64,000 nucleotides of DNA, from the NCBI RefSeq assembly GCF_001194135.2, contig NC_068983.1, forward strand, positions 143,545,414 to 143,609,413, in the 5' to 3' direction. The notes below the pieces were generated by a model that was not told the DNA's origin, searched no databases, and was given only the letters and a program-made list of their open reading frames with translations. Origin of the DNA: Octopus bimaculoides. Taxonomy: Eukaryota. Positions 53,502 through 64,000 of the stretch are shown piece after piece (positions within the stretch are counted from its first letter, which is position 1; each line of letters starts with the position of its first letter). A program made the position numbers and the translations under genes.

Positions 53502-53880
53502 TTGTTGTTGTTGTTGTTGGCACTCCATCGCTTACGACGACGAAGGTTCCAGTTGATCCGATCAACGGAACAGCCTGATCATGAAATTAATGTGCAAGTG
53601 GCTGAGCACTCCACAGACACGTGTACCCTTAATATAGTTCTTGGAGAGATTCAGCGTGACACAGTGTGACAAGGCTGACCCTTTGAATTACAGGCACAAC
53701 AGAAACAGGAAGTAAGAGTGAGAGAAAGTTGTGGTGAAAGAGTACAGCAGGGTTCGCCACCATCCCCTGCTGGAGCCTCGTGGAGCTTTAGGTGTTTTCG
53801 CTCAATAAACACTCACAACGCTCGGTCTGGGAATCAAAACCGCGAGTCCACTGCCCTAACCACTGGGCCATTGCACCTCC
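53502..53880 (-). mobile_element. tRNA-derived SINE, same head/centre as 46112 but a different tail
   Basis: Head GGAGGTGCAATGGCCCAGTGGTTAGGGCAG, shared ACAACTTTCTCTCACTCT block and tail ...GGAGTGCC(AAC)n. Confidence 0.75.
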
Positions 53881-54903
53881 ACATTTCACATATACTGATA
53901 TGCAAAAGTGTGTTCAAAGTTGCTGGTTGAGTGGTGGTAGTGTTGGTTAATTGCTTTACTTGTTTCCATTTTGTTACTACCAGCTAGTCATATGCCAGCA
54001 AGTTTGATTCTACATAGTTGCTTGACCTGTTAGAAGTAGAAACCAAACACCCTTCAAATTACACCATGCTAGATATATTGGGTAACGTGGCATTGGATAT
54101 ATCATACCTAGAAGAAAAAAATGGAAAGTTCACAATCAGAATGTTTTTTATCATAAATCAGTTTGGTGAGGGATGACCTATGGTTAAATTACAACTAGCC
54201 AACCAAATAAGATCCAAGGTGTCTGGAAACATTCAGAAATGACACACTAATAAATCAATGCCACCTTCTTTACTATTTTAGAGATATTTGTTACTGTCAA
54301 TCATTATTCATTGTTGGAGACACATACATGTGGCCACTGAGATCAAAGCCCTGTGTATGCAAGTGGGCATAGGAGCACTAAAGTGGATACTATTTTGTGT
54401 TGCATTTTGCTGGCAACCACAAAGAGATGGGCACTGGTCATCTTTAATGTACTTGTTGTTATCCAGTTCAAATCCTGCTGAAGTTAACTTTGCTTTTCAT
54501 TCTTTTGAGAGTCAAAATAAACTAAGTCAAGAACAAGGGTAAAACCTTGTACTTGACTATTACTTATATCAATTAATTACCCCCCCCCCCCAACAATTGC
54601 TGACCTTATGCCTAAATTTAAAAACATTATTGATAAGGCTGCAAACTGGCAGAAGTTTTATCGTGCCAGATAAAATGTTTTGCGGTATTTCTTCTGACTT
54701 TACATTATGAGTTCAAATGCCGCTGAGGTCAGCTTTGCCTTTCATCCTTTCAGGGTCAATAGAATAAGTACCAGTTGAACACTGGAGTCGATGTAATTGA
54801 CTAGTCCCTTCTCCCCACCCAAATTTCAGGCCTTGTGCCTATAGTAGAAGGACCTATTATTATTATTATTATCATCATCATCATCATCATCATTATTATT
54901 ATT

Positions 54904-55527
54904 AAATACTTGGTAGATTGAGGCAAATTTCTACTCCATCCCCTGCTACACCTCCATGTTGCTGGGGTGTGTGCAGCATTGTGTGTTCTTTCCTGTTGTT
55001 GGGAGTGTGCAAACTATTTCTGGTACTGTAGTGTGCTAGTTTTTTTTTTCCTTGAGGTATGGTGCTATCTTTTGTTGTGTTCTTGTATTGTGTGTTGAGT
55101 GTGTAATGCTTTGGTTTTCATGACTTAATGGTGGGAGTTTATTTCACTGGGTAAATGCAATATAGAGTGTGTCTTCTATTTGTAGGCTGTTTTGTTTAGG
55201 TTGCATTATTGGATTGATAGTGTCTTGCATAAGATATGGGCTGTTCTTAGCAGGGCTATTTTTTTGGATAGTGTGTAGTGTTGAGCATCCAGGTATAACT
55301 TCTACATTTTTGTTCATATGATTTTTTATCACATTCAATACTCCAATTATTATTAGTATTGTTTTTACCTTTGTGCCCCACATTTTGAACACTTTGATTT
55401 TGAGGTCTTTGTACTTCAACAATTTCTCCACTTCTTTTTTGACAATATTTTCATCAGAAAGGACTGCAATGTCTATCAGTAAGCAGGTGTTTTTTTCCCC
55501 AATCCTTGACTAATATGTTTGGGTGAT

Positions 55528-55558
<31 letters not shown>

Positions 55559-55720
55559 GTTGGTTTGATCCGGCATATCCCAAATGATTGTGGTCTGGTC
55601 ATTGTCTTGTACCTTGCTTAGCACATGCTTATACCACCTGCTGTTAGTTTTATTATTATTATTAAATCTGGCAGCACTAGTTGGACATCTGACAAAATAA
55701 TTTGTGTTATTTAGTTGCAT
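54904..55720 (-). mobile_element. R4/Dong-like RLE LINE 3' fragment
   Basis: WYKH...TIIWDMP.QT...ANHPNILVKD and EKLLKYKDLKI....MWG..V.TI.IIIG.L motifs; 3' end abuts (AAT)n. Confidence 0.8.
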
Positions 55721-57065
55721 CTCTTTATATTGGGAGTTTAAAATCTTTCCGAAGTTAATTTTTACTTTTCATCCTTCTGTGGTTGATAAAATACCAGTCA
55801 TGTACTGGGACTGATTTCATTAACTGCTCTATCCACTCAAATAAGCTATGGTTATGAGCTTCATTTAAGAATTGCTATTATTAAGGCAAGGCAAGCCTCT
55901 GCACATAGGCTCCATCATCATCATCATTGTTTAACATCTGTCTTTTATGGTGGCATGGGTTGGATGGTTTGACAGGAGCTAGCAAGCCAGAGAGCTGCAC
56001 CAAGCTTCACTGTCTGTTTTGGCATGGTTTTTACAGCTGGATGCTCTTTCTAACACCAATCACTTTACAGAGTGGACTGGAGGAAATATAGATAACTGGT
56101 GCTGCACCCACTATCTCAAGATACCACTCACTTTCTGCATTTATCTAGCTCTTGTTATACATCACACTGTCAACTCTATCATCTCTTGTGCTGGTGTTAT
56201 GGTGCATGAAGTGCATTCAGTTAAGAGCGAGATCAAAAGGTTTTCTTAATCTTGTCAAAAACATGATACCTTATGAAGCACTAGTGCCTCAAAAAAATTT
56301 ACCCAGTACACTCTGCAAAGTGGTTAGTTTTGGGAAGAACATCTAACTTCAGAAACCAAGCCAAAATTGTAACTTGTGAGCAAAATGTAATTTTCTGATC
56401 CATCTAGAAGAGCAGCAATGATTTGTCCAACCCATACCACTACAGCATGAGGACATAAAACGATTATTATTATGATGAAGACTAAAAATATATTAGTTTA
56501 GATTCAAAAACTAGAACAGTAATGACCATACATGGAGCATTACAGTCCAACAGTAATGATTTTGTATTACCATAAAATAGGAAATAGTTGTAAAAACTGC
56601 ATACAGATCAAAGAAAATAGCACAGATTGGTACATAGTTAATAGTGTGCAATTGATTTTCATTCAACCATGGTAGTGGTTGAATATATTCTTAAGTCCAC
56701 CAGTTCGTCAATCGCAGCAGTTTCCAAGTTTCACCACTAATTCAGTTCTCAACTAAATTGCAAACTGTTAACAGTTTTAAAGAGGACACCTCCTCAGCTA
56801 CACTTTGGCATAAATAGTTTGAGATTTGGTTCAGTAGAAAAAAAGTTACATCAAAATATGCGACCTCAAGGGAGTAGTAAGGCACCTATTCACCTTCAAT
56901 TAGCATAAACTTTTTAATTTTAAAATAAAAGTATACTTTTCTTAGGCTTAAATGATAGTTATGGGGTGAAATGCCACGAAATTTCATGTCAGTAAGAGAG
57001 TAAGGAAGTAACACTTAGCAATAAGAATAATAAAGAATATATTGCTAAAATGAATGTTTACATTC

Positions 57066-57370
57066 TAAGGTGGCGAGCTGGCAGAAACGTTAGCACGCCA
57101 GGCGAAATGCTTAACGGTATTTCATCTGCCACTGCGTTCTGAGTTCAAATTCCGCCGAGGTCGACTTTGCCCTTCATCCTTTCGGGGTCGATAAATTAAG
57201 TACCAGTTACGCACTGGGGTCGATATAATCGACTTAATCCGTTTATCTGTCCTTGTTTGTCCCCTCTGTGTGTAGCCCCTTGTGGGCAGTAAAGAAATAG
57301 GTATTTCGCCTGTGTCTACATTTTGAGTTCAAATTCTGCCGAGGTCGACTTTACTTTTTATCCATTTCGG
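57066..57370 (+). mobile_element. tRNA-headed SINE with Meta-like central domain, Tx1-like tail variant, plus a partial second unit
   Basis: Head AAGGTGGCGAGCTGGCAGAA, core GAGTTCAAATTCCGCCGAGGTCGACTTTGCC.TTCATCCTTTCGGGGTCGATAAATTAAGTACCAG, tail ...TAGCCCCTTGTGGGCAGTAAAGAAATA. The Meta-domain assignment is from memory of the motif. Confidence 0.75.
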
Positions 57371-57810
57371 ATCTATTCAATTTGTCGTACAGATTATTTA
57401 ATTTTTTTTAACACTTTGAAATTTCTGATACTGGTATAATGTGCCACATCCAACAGGGTTTTCTCTTAACGTTTTTGACAAAATTTTGTATTTTAGAAGT
57501 TATTTCGTCACAAGTTACAGAGTGACAATGGACAAATTCGTGTTTGATAAGTGCCATTACATGAAACTCTCAGCTTTTGACTTACTCTCTAACTTCTGTT
57601 GATGATATATATGCATGTTATACATATGTGTAAAAAAATCTCATCACACAATCAAACCAATGAAAGAGCCTCTACCTGGTTGCTCGACATGATAAAAATA
57701 GCAGCCAATGTATCCCCCTACCCAGTATTTTATAAGGTAAAATCCTAAATTATTAATTGACACATTATTAATTATCTTATAACACCAATGCCTGGAAAAA
57801 TCATGGATTA

Positions 57811-58326
57811 CATGGAAAAATGCGAGCATGAAAAGTAATATTCTTAAGATTATAAACCTGGAAAAGTACAGGACGAGTTATTACACCTGTAAAAGTATAG
57901 GACAAATTATTACTTCAAGTAAAGTAAAGTAAAGAATAAGAAACTTTTTACTTAAAATATTGCAGCTAAAATTAAAATTTGAGTATTAAAAAATACTTTA
58001 TTATAGTTTACAAATAACATTATACTTATTTAAGTAGAATTTGTCTAATTTACTACCTTAAATACAGAAAAAAGTGACTAATTAGACAAACTTACAAATT
58101 AGCTGAACAGTTTTGTACAATAAATTTAAAAGATGAGAACTGCAAAGGGATAAATTAGAAGAACTGGCATTCTTTGCTGCAATATTTTAAGTAAAAAGTT
58201 TCTTATTCTTTACTTTACTTGAAGTATTAGTTTGTCCTATACTTTTCCAGGTGTAATAACTTGTCCTGTACTTTTCTAGGTTTATAATCTTAAGAATATT
58301 ACTTTTCATGCTCCCATTTTTCCATG
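57811..58326. mobile_element. Foldback/MITE with ~155-bp inverted arms and TA flanks
   Basis: 57807-57966 is the near-perfect reverse complement of 58176-58330; ends read TA|CATGGAAAAA ... TTTTTCCATG|TA. Confidence 0.8.
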
Positions 58327-58567
58327 TAATAAAAGAGATTAGTAAATCAGAAATATTTAAGACTGAAGACACAAAGAATAGTCAAAATCTTGAAATTACA
58401 GGGTGGATTTGACAAGACACTGATGAAAGGATAGATATGGGAATGATGGATATATGTGTGGATGTGAATATCCATACATATGCATGTATACCTGTACATA
58501 TATATACCTTAAGATACATTTATCCACATGTTTAATTTTAAAACAACTTTTTTTTGTTTTCTTTCAG

Positions 58568-58849
58568 ATAACACAAAGAAAGAAAATACAAAGAAAGAAA
58601 ATACAAAGAAAGAGAACACGAAGAAAGAGAATGGAAAGAAAGATCATGTGAAGAAAGATAATATAAAAAAAGATAATATAAAGAAAGACAATATGAAGAA
58701 AGACAACAACAAAAAAGAGAGCAAAAGGTCTCAAAAGAAAAAATCTGGTGTCTGCTCAGTGCTTGGCAAATTCTTGCTTGTTATTGTGCTCTGTTCCTCA
58801 GCATTTGTCACGTTATACCTTATGAATGATAATGTCCGTGATATTGTTG
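58568..58849 (+). CDS. Internal coding exon (phase 1-1, 282 nt) of a probable type II single-pass membrane protein: ten xKK[ED]x pentapeptide repeats, basic linker, then TM helix (VLGKFLLVIVLCSSAFVTLYLM)
   Basis: Polypyrimidine acceptor ttttttgttttctttcag|AT, donor GTTG|gtaagt, open frame, 15-nt codon-preserving repeats and a ~22-aa hydrophobic stretch. Its phase matches the next exon at 63331. Confidence 0.85.
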
Positions 58850-61800
58850 GTAAGTAATTAAAACTTATTTTTGGTGCTCTTGTTTGAATTGATAATGTAT
58901 TGTGTTGGTAAAATTGTTGTTTTTGTTGATGTTGTATAACCTTTGCATCAGCCTCTTTATTGTTACTGCTACTGCCATTGTATAGATATAGTGACCCCAG
59001 TTAGTCTTGCTTGAGCTGAGCTATAATTATTGTTGTTGAGGATTAGTGACTCTAGTCAGTCATGTTTGAAGAAATCTATAGTTTAAGGGTAGCCAACTGA
59101 ACAATGAGGGAGCATCTTGCAAGTTTGTACTCTGAATATGCTGAAACTGTTTCAGAAGAAAGATACCTTTAAATTATGATTACATTTATCTACTAGAGAG
59201 AAAAGTATAATTTAAACAACATAACCCAGTAAGATAAGGTGTGGTTATATACAGATAACTGAATGTTATGTATTGTGTGATAAAATCTATAATTACTCCG
59301 AGTCACTTTCTGTCAGAACTACACCATATTCTGTATACAACAGAATTTCTTTATAAAGTATATATTCCTAAACAAGACAGCATGTCTTTTTAAGTTAACC
59401 AGTTCTTATAAATGTTCAATCAGACTTAAAATTATGAGTATATTTCCTGATTTCATGCGCTTATTAACTTGGGGTTTAAACTCCTAAAATATTCACAGTT
59501 TACATATTGTATGTACATACAATCAATCAGGTATTATACGTGCTGTATTGTGTAATATATACTTAGTCTTTGTCATTTTCGTTCAAGCAGTGTTACATTC
59601 TGTTTATAATGATCATCATCATCATCATCATCATCATCGTTTGATGTGTACACTTAAATGAGAGTGCAATGTAACATAGGTTTACTGGACAGGTCTAAAT
59701 GATCTTGAATTTGCATTAGTCTTCCTAATCAAATAATCTTAACAACAAAACCAGTATGTCTGCATATACATAAAAGATTATGTTGTATACTGTGTGGTAT
59801 AATTTATGATTAATATAGACTAGTTTGTGAGTAGCGACTGGATTGTTAAGGTACCACTAGAGAATCCGTGGCCAGGTAGGATATTTGGTGATCAAGCAGT
59901 CTAGCTAACACCATTTCTTATCAAGTATACCTCAGAGAAGATTTGGTCTCAGCACCACCAAATAAAATACTTGTCAGGTGTAATGCTGAAGCATATATTG
60001 TGCTAATAGAAAGTTTTGCAGCTCTGTATTCCATTTCATCTATAATTTTGTCAGTCTGACTGTCATCAATGGACATGATGTAAGTGTTGCAGAGATTTGA
60101 GAGAGATTTAATGGAAGAGGTTTCTTTAAAACAAATGTAGTAATGTTGAGTCTCATTATCAGACGTCTTTGAAGATTTCATTGTATAATATGTTTAGTCA
60201 AATGAGGCTGGCATGCAGGTTCTCCCAGTTAGTGATACTTATGTGTATAATGTTCAATTAAATGTCTGTAGAAAAACATGGCAGTGAGGGAGCTGCAGCT
60301 CTGAGGAGGAAGGATTATCAGAACAGATCTAGTGGCAAGATACAATGTAATGATAGAAGAAGAGTATGCCAGTTGGTCTTAACTAGAGGGATGTAATCAT
60401 TGAAATAATAGAAGAAACAGTGTGAGTCACTGTTTGTGTATTGGTTAATGATATAAGCAGATTGGATACTAACTGGTACAGTCAGTTCAGTGTAGCAAAG
60501 AATACAGCCTGAGTGGTATGGTAGGAGTGTCAGGACCAAGAAGAGTGTGCTATGAATGTAAAAAAAAAAGCATTGATGACTGGAATAGTTTGGGGAGCAG
60601 TAAAAACAGCTAACATAAATTCAGAGAAAAATGTGGTAGAATGAGACATTAAGTGTTCAAGTAACTAGAAGTCTTTGTTTCTAATATCCAGGTAAAAGAG
60701 TTTGAATGGTGGCGACAGTAGATTCTCTGAGTGCAGACATCACCTTTTATATTGTGAGTGTTGCCTGAACAGTAGAGATGTAATAGATATGGGATGGGAA
60801 TTTGTGTCAGTGAGAAATACAATTTGCTGTTTGGATGTTAGGAAGAAGTAGCATGTAGAAGTAGATCAAGGTTGGACACAGAAATGAGAATTAGCCTAAG
60901 GTTTGATTATATCCTTTGTATTTGGAGGCTTTGCCTAATTTTGGGGTTAGTTGAAAGAGGAGAGGTGGAAACTAGGGCTCAGGAATTGTCATTTTCCAAT
61001 CCATCTACCTCTGTAAGAACAGTTTAAAGTCAGTTGTAGATGGCCCTCTAGAAATACTGTGGTTGCTGGGGTACTTAAGAAGATAATACAAGATTATTCA
61101 CCTAAGAAAGGGCAGCTTCCAAAGACATTACCTACCTGCTCTGACACCATTTCACTTTAACATACAGTGACATTACACAAGGAAAGGTGCAGCTGAAAAG
61201 GTATGTTGAAAGACTGAGGTAGTGACTCAAATGCTTGTAGCAAAGTGAACTTTACTTGCAGTGCTCAAAGGCCATTTCCTGTTGTTTTTCCTAGTCTCCC
61301 TTCTTCGAATAATATAAGGACTGGGGTGTTTTATTGCGGTATGAATACTAGAAAAGCTATATTATAGGACTGAATCCCATTTTCTTGTGCTGATCATTTT
61401 CATAATGATATAACAGTCAGAATTTTTTATTGATGACTCCCATACTTTAAGGGTTAAAATTTAATATGTGGTTTAGCTTCAGGTCAGCTCAGATCAAAAA
61501 TACTCTAACCTTAACAATTCCATCTCATTGTATACCCAAAACTGCATTAGTCTCAGTTTTCATTTGGTTGGCTTTAGAAAGAGCATCCAGCTGTAGAAAC
61601 CATGCCAAAGCTGACACTAGAGCTCTGCACAATCTGGTGGCTTGCTGGATTCTGTGAAACTGTCCAACCCATGCCAGCATAGAAAATAGATGTTAAGTGA
61701 TGATGATGATAATGAATGTCTGTCATTTGGTAGTGTATGATGTAAGGAAGATTTGCCTCTGTTTCTACCTGCTTAAGTGCCCTCATAACGACTTCTTTCA

Positions 61801-62304
61801 ACATACATAATAGTTGCAATGTTTTGGCTGTTGAGCAAATATGATCAAAGATGCCTTGTTTTGTATGTCTGTAACTACATTGCCCAATGTGTCCTTCCAT
61901 TTTGTAAAATTGGAATGTGATTTGAGAAAGTTTTAGCTGCTATTTCTAACAGGTCAAACAACCATTATTGACTCAAAACCTAATGTTTTATCTATAAATA
62001 TTCCAAACCATTATATTATATATGCGTATTAGTTGAAACACAGTATATCGTTGATTGAAACCAGTCAGTTTTGATCAACATGCTATATGAAACTGGTCAA
62101 GTAATTATGTAAATTGACATTAGCTCTAATCAGATAGTGCTCTGATCAAAGACTTTTTCAATTCTGATATTCCAATCTTTACTTGAAGCATAACGTATCC
62201 AAAGCTAAATTATTTGATGTATCCCTCCCTCATTGGCTTAAAATCCAATAAAGTAATATGTATGTAGTAGCTGAAACCTAGTATAATTTATATATGTATC
62301 TTAA

Positions 62305-62527
62305 CCCTTTAGCATTCAGATTACTCTGTCAAATGTAAATCTTTTTTATTCACATTGTTTTGAATTAATCATGCATTTATCTTGTGGCTTTGAGATTTCA
62401 GTGATGTAATTGTTTATTTTTAGAATGACACTATAGGATAGGTATGAGGGGCTGGATATTATGGCCAGTTTGAATATGAAATGTGTAGAATATAACAGCT
62501 GGATATGACCAGTTTAATGCTAAAGGG
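62305..62527. mobile_element. piggyBac-type MITE (same family as 49498-49714)
   Basis: TTAA-CCCTTTAGCATT...AATGCTAAAGGG-TTAA with a similar internal sequence. Confidence 0.8.
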
Positions 62528-63330
62528 TTAAGTTAAAATATCAAGTGTTTTAAGTACATATACACAATTACCCATATTGTAGTTGTTGTTTAGGACCAGA
62601 TCAGCTATAATCAAGCAGACTTATGAACCAGAACCTAGTCAAGATTTAATGTACCCAAAAACCTTACTATCCAATGTGCCCTTCTTTTGTAAGCCAGTAG
62701 GATGAGCTTTGAAAAACATCTGGCTGCTTTGCTCTTTCTAGCAAGTCAAGCAACTGTGTGGAAGTTCCTTTATTGGCTCAGTGTCATTGAATAATAGGTA
62801 TTATGTCATATAAAGTGTGGTTTCATGCTATATGTTGTGTGATATATATTGAGTTATGTCATTTGTAGTGTGGTGTTATGTCACATGTGGTATTCTGACA
62901 TATGTAATGTTATATTATTATATGTAAGATATATCAAATGTACTGTGATATTGTGTCATAATTGTGTTGTATAACATCATATGTGTATAGTAATAATTGT
63001 TACATTTATTACATTTCTTTGTACCATTTGTCATAGAATAAGAATTTCTTACAAAGTCTGCTTCATTTCTCAGTTATAATTTATTCACTTAATATTGCTA
63101 ATTTCCTTGAGAAACACAATGAAAATTACAGTTTCATTTTCTATTTTTCTATATATTTCTGACATTATGTCCTATGTAAGAAAATATTACCAGTTGTGAT
63201 TTATACAATGTGTTCCATAAGTCTGTAAGATTTTCAAATATAATTGTGTTTAAAATGCTGTCTTATTTGTGGGACACATTGTATTTCATTTTTTTTCTTT
63301 TTCTTTTCTTTCTCTTTTTGTTTCTTTCAG

Positions 63331-64000
63331 ATCCCTATATTGAAAAAGCAAAGACAGTTTCAGATGCCTACATTGGAAAAGCTATGTTAACCCTGTTTCC
63401 AAAAAGTGATGCGCCAGACACTGATACTCCAGAAGAAAAAGTGAAAGAATCTTACCCGTTAGAAAATGATTTTATTGATGATGGTGAAGGAGAATTACAA
63501 GGCAATTTACCACCTCCTGATACAAAAGAATCTGGATCTTTGGGTGATGACAAGTTGAAAGAAACTAAATCACAAAAAACTGCTGAAGCAATGAAAGAAA
63601 CAACTGAAAAAAGTCAAAAGGCAGCAGAAAAGGCTAAGAAGGCTGAAGAGGCCAGAATAGCAGCAGAAGAGGCTAAAAAAGCTGAAGAGGCCAGAATAGC
63701 AGCAGAAGAGGCTAAAAAAGCTGAAGAAGCCAGAATAGCAGCAGAAGAGGCTAAGAAAGCTGAAGAGGCCAGATTAGCAGCAGAAGAGGCTAAAAAAGCT
63801 GAAGAGGCCAGAATAGCAGCAGAAGAGGCTAAAAAAGCTGAAGAGGCTCGACAAGCAGAAGAAGCCAGAAAAACTGAGGAGGCTAAAAAAGCTGAAGAGG
63901 CTCAACAAGCAGAAGAAGCCAGGAAAGCTGAAGAGGCTAGACAGGAAGAAGAAGCTAGGAGAGCTGAAGAGGCTAGACGGGAAGAAGAGGCTACGAGAGC
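63331..64000 (+). CDS. Large coding exon running off the window end: acidic linker then KKAEEARIAAEEA x5 and xxAEEA hexad repeats (predicted charged single alpha-helix)
   Basis: Very strong acceptor ttttctttctctttttgtttctttcag|AT. With the G from the previous exon it reads DPYIEKAKTVSDAYIGKAMLTLFPKS... with no stop to 64000. It is absent from the ORF track, probably because no stop falls in the window. Confidence 0.9.
63636..63830 (+). repeat. Coding minisatellite, 5 x 39 nt (KKAEEARIAAEEA)
   Basis: Five tandem units with mostly synonymous differences (AAG/AAA, GAG/GAA; one ATA->TTA). Confidence 0.9.

Noticed and set aside
59900-61250. ORF 59921-60181(-) and the surrounding purine-rich tract as a host gene
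   Set aside because: No splice support; more likely an ancient antisense L2/CR1-like remnant, too decayed to call.
225-62000. Most short ORFs in the supplied track (poly-YI, HT, CV, LS, RE etc.)
   Set aside because: They are translations of microsatellites, gaps or antisense transposon debris.

Overview
AT-rich, microsatellite-dense animal genomic DNA with eight N gaps. The repeat families look like those of coleoid cephalopods (Octopus-like); this is inferred from pattern recognition. Most of the window is transposon debris: RTE LINE fragments with (GAT)n tails, R4/Dong-like RLE LINE fragments, CR1 and Tx1/L1 fragments, a Tc1 fossil, mariner/hAT/piggyBac-type MITEs and several tRNA-headed SINE families. 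The only well-supported host coding sequence is two phase-compatible + strand exons (58568-58849 and 63331->64000). They encode a probable type II membrane protein with xKK[ED]N pentapeptide repeats before the TM helix and a long E/A/K/R repeat helix after it. A CpG-retaining zone at about 16.4-21.3 kb may hold its promoter. The top leads are: (1) a tRNA-headed element at 48.6-49.0 kb carrying Penelope-type minimal hammerhead ribozyme motifs in inverted arms; (2) a structured ~300-nt candidate ncRNA at ~19 kb ending in an oligo-T run; (3) RLE LINEs repeatedly sitting antisense in the (ATT)n tails of one SINE family; and (4) SINE tail swapping, including a tail shared with a Tx1-like LINE.
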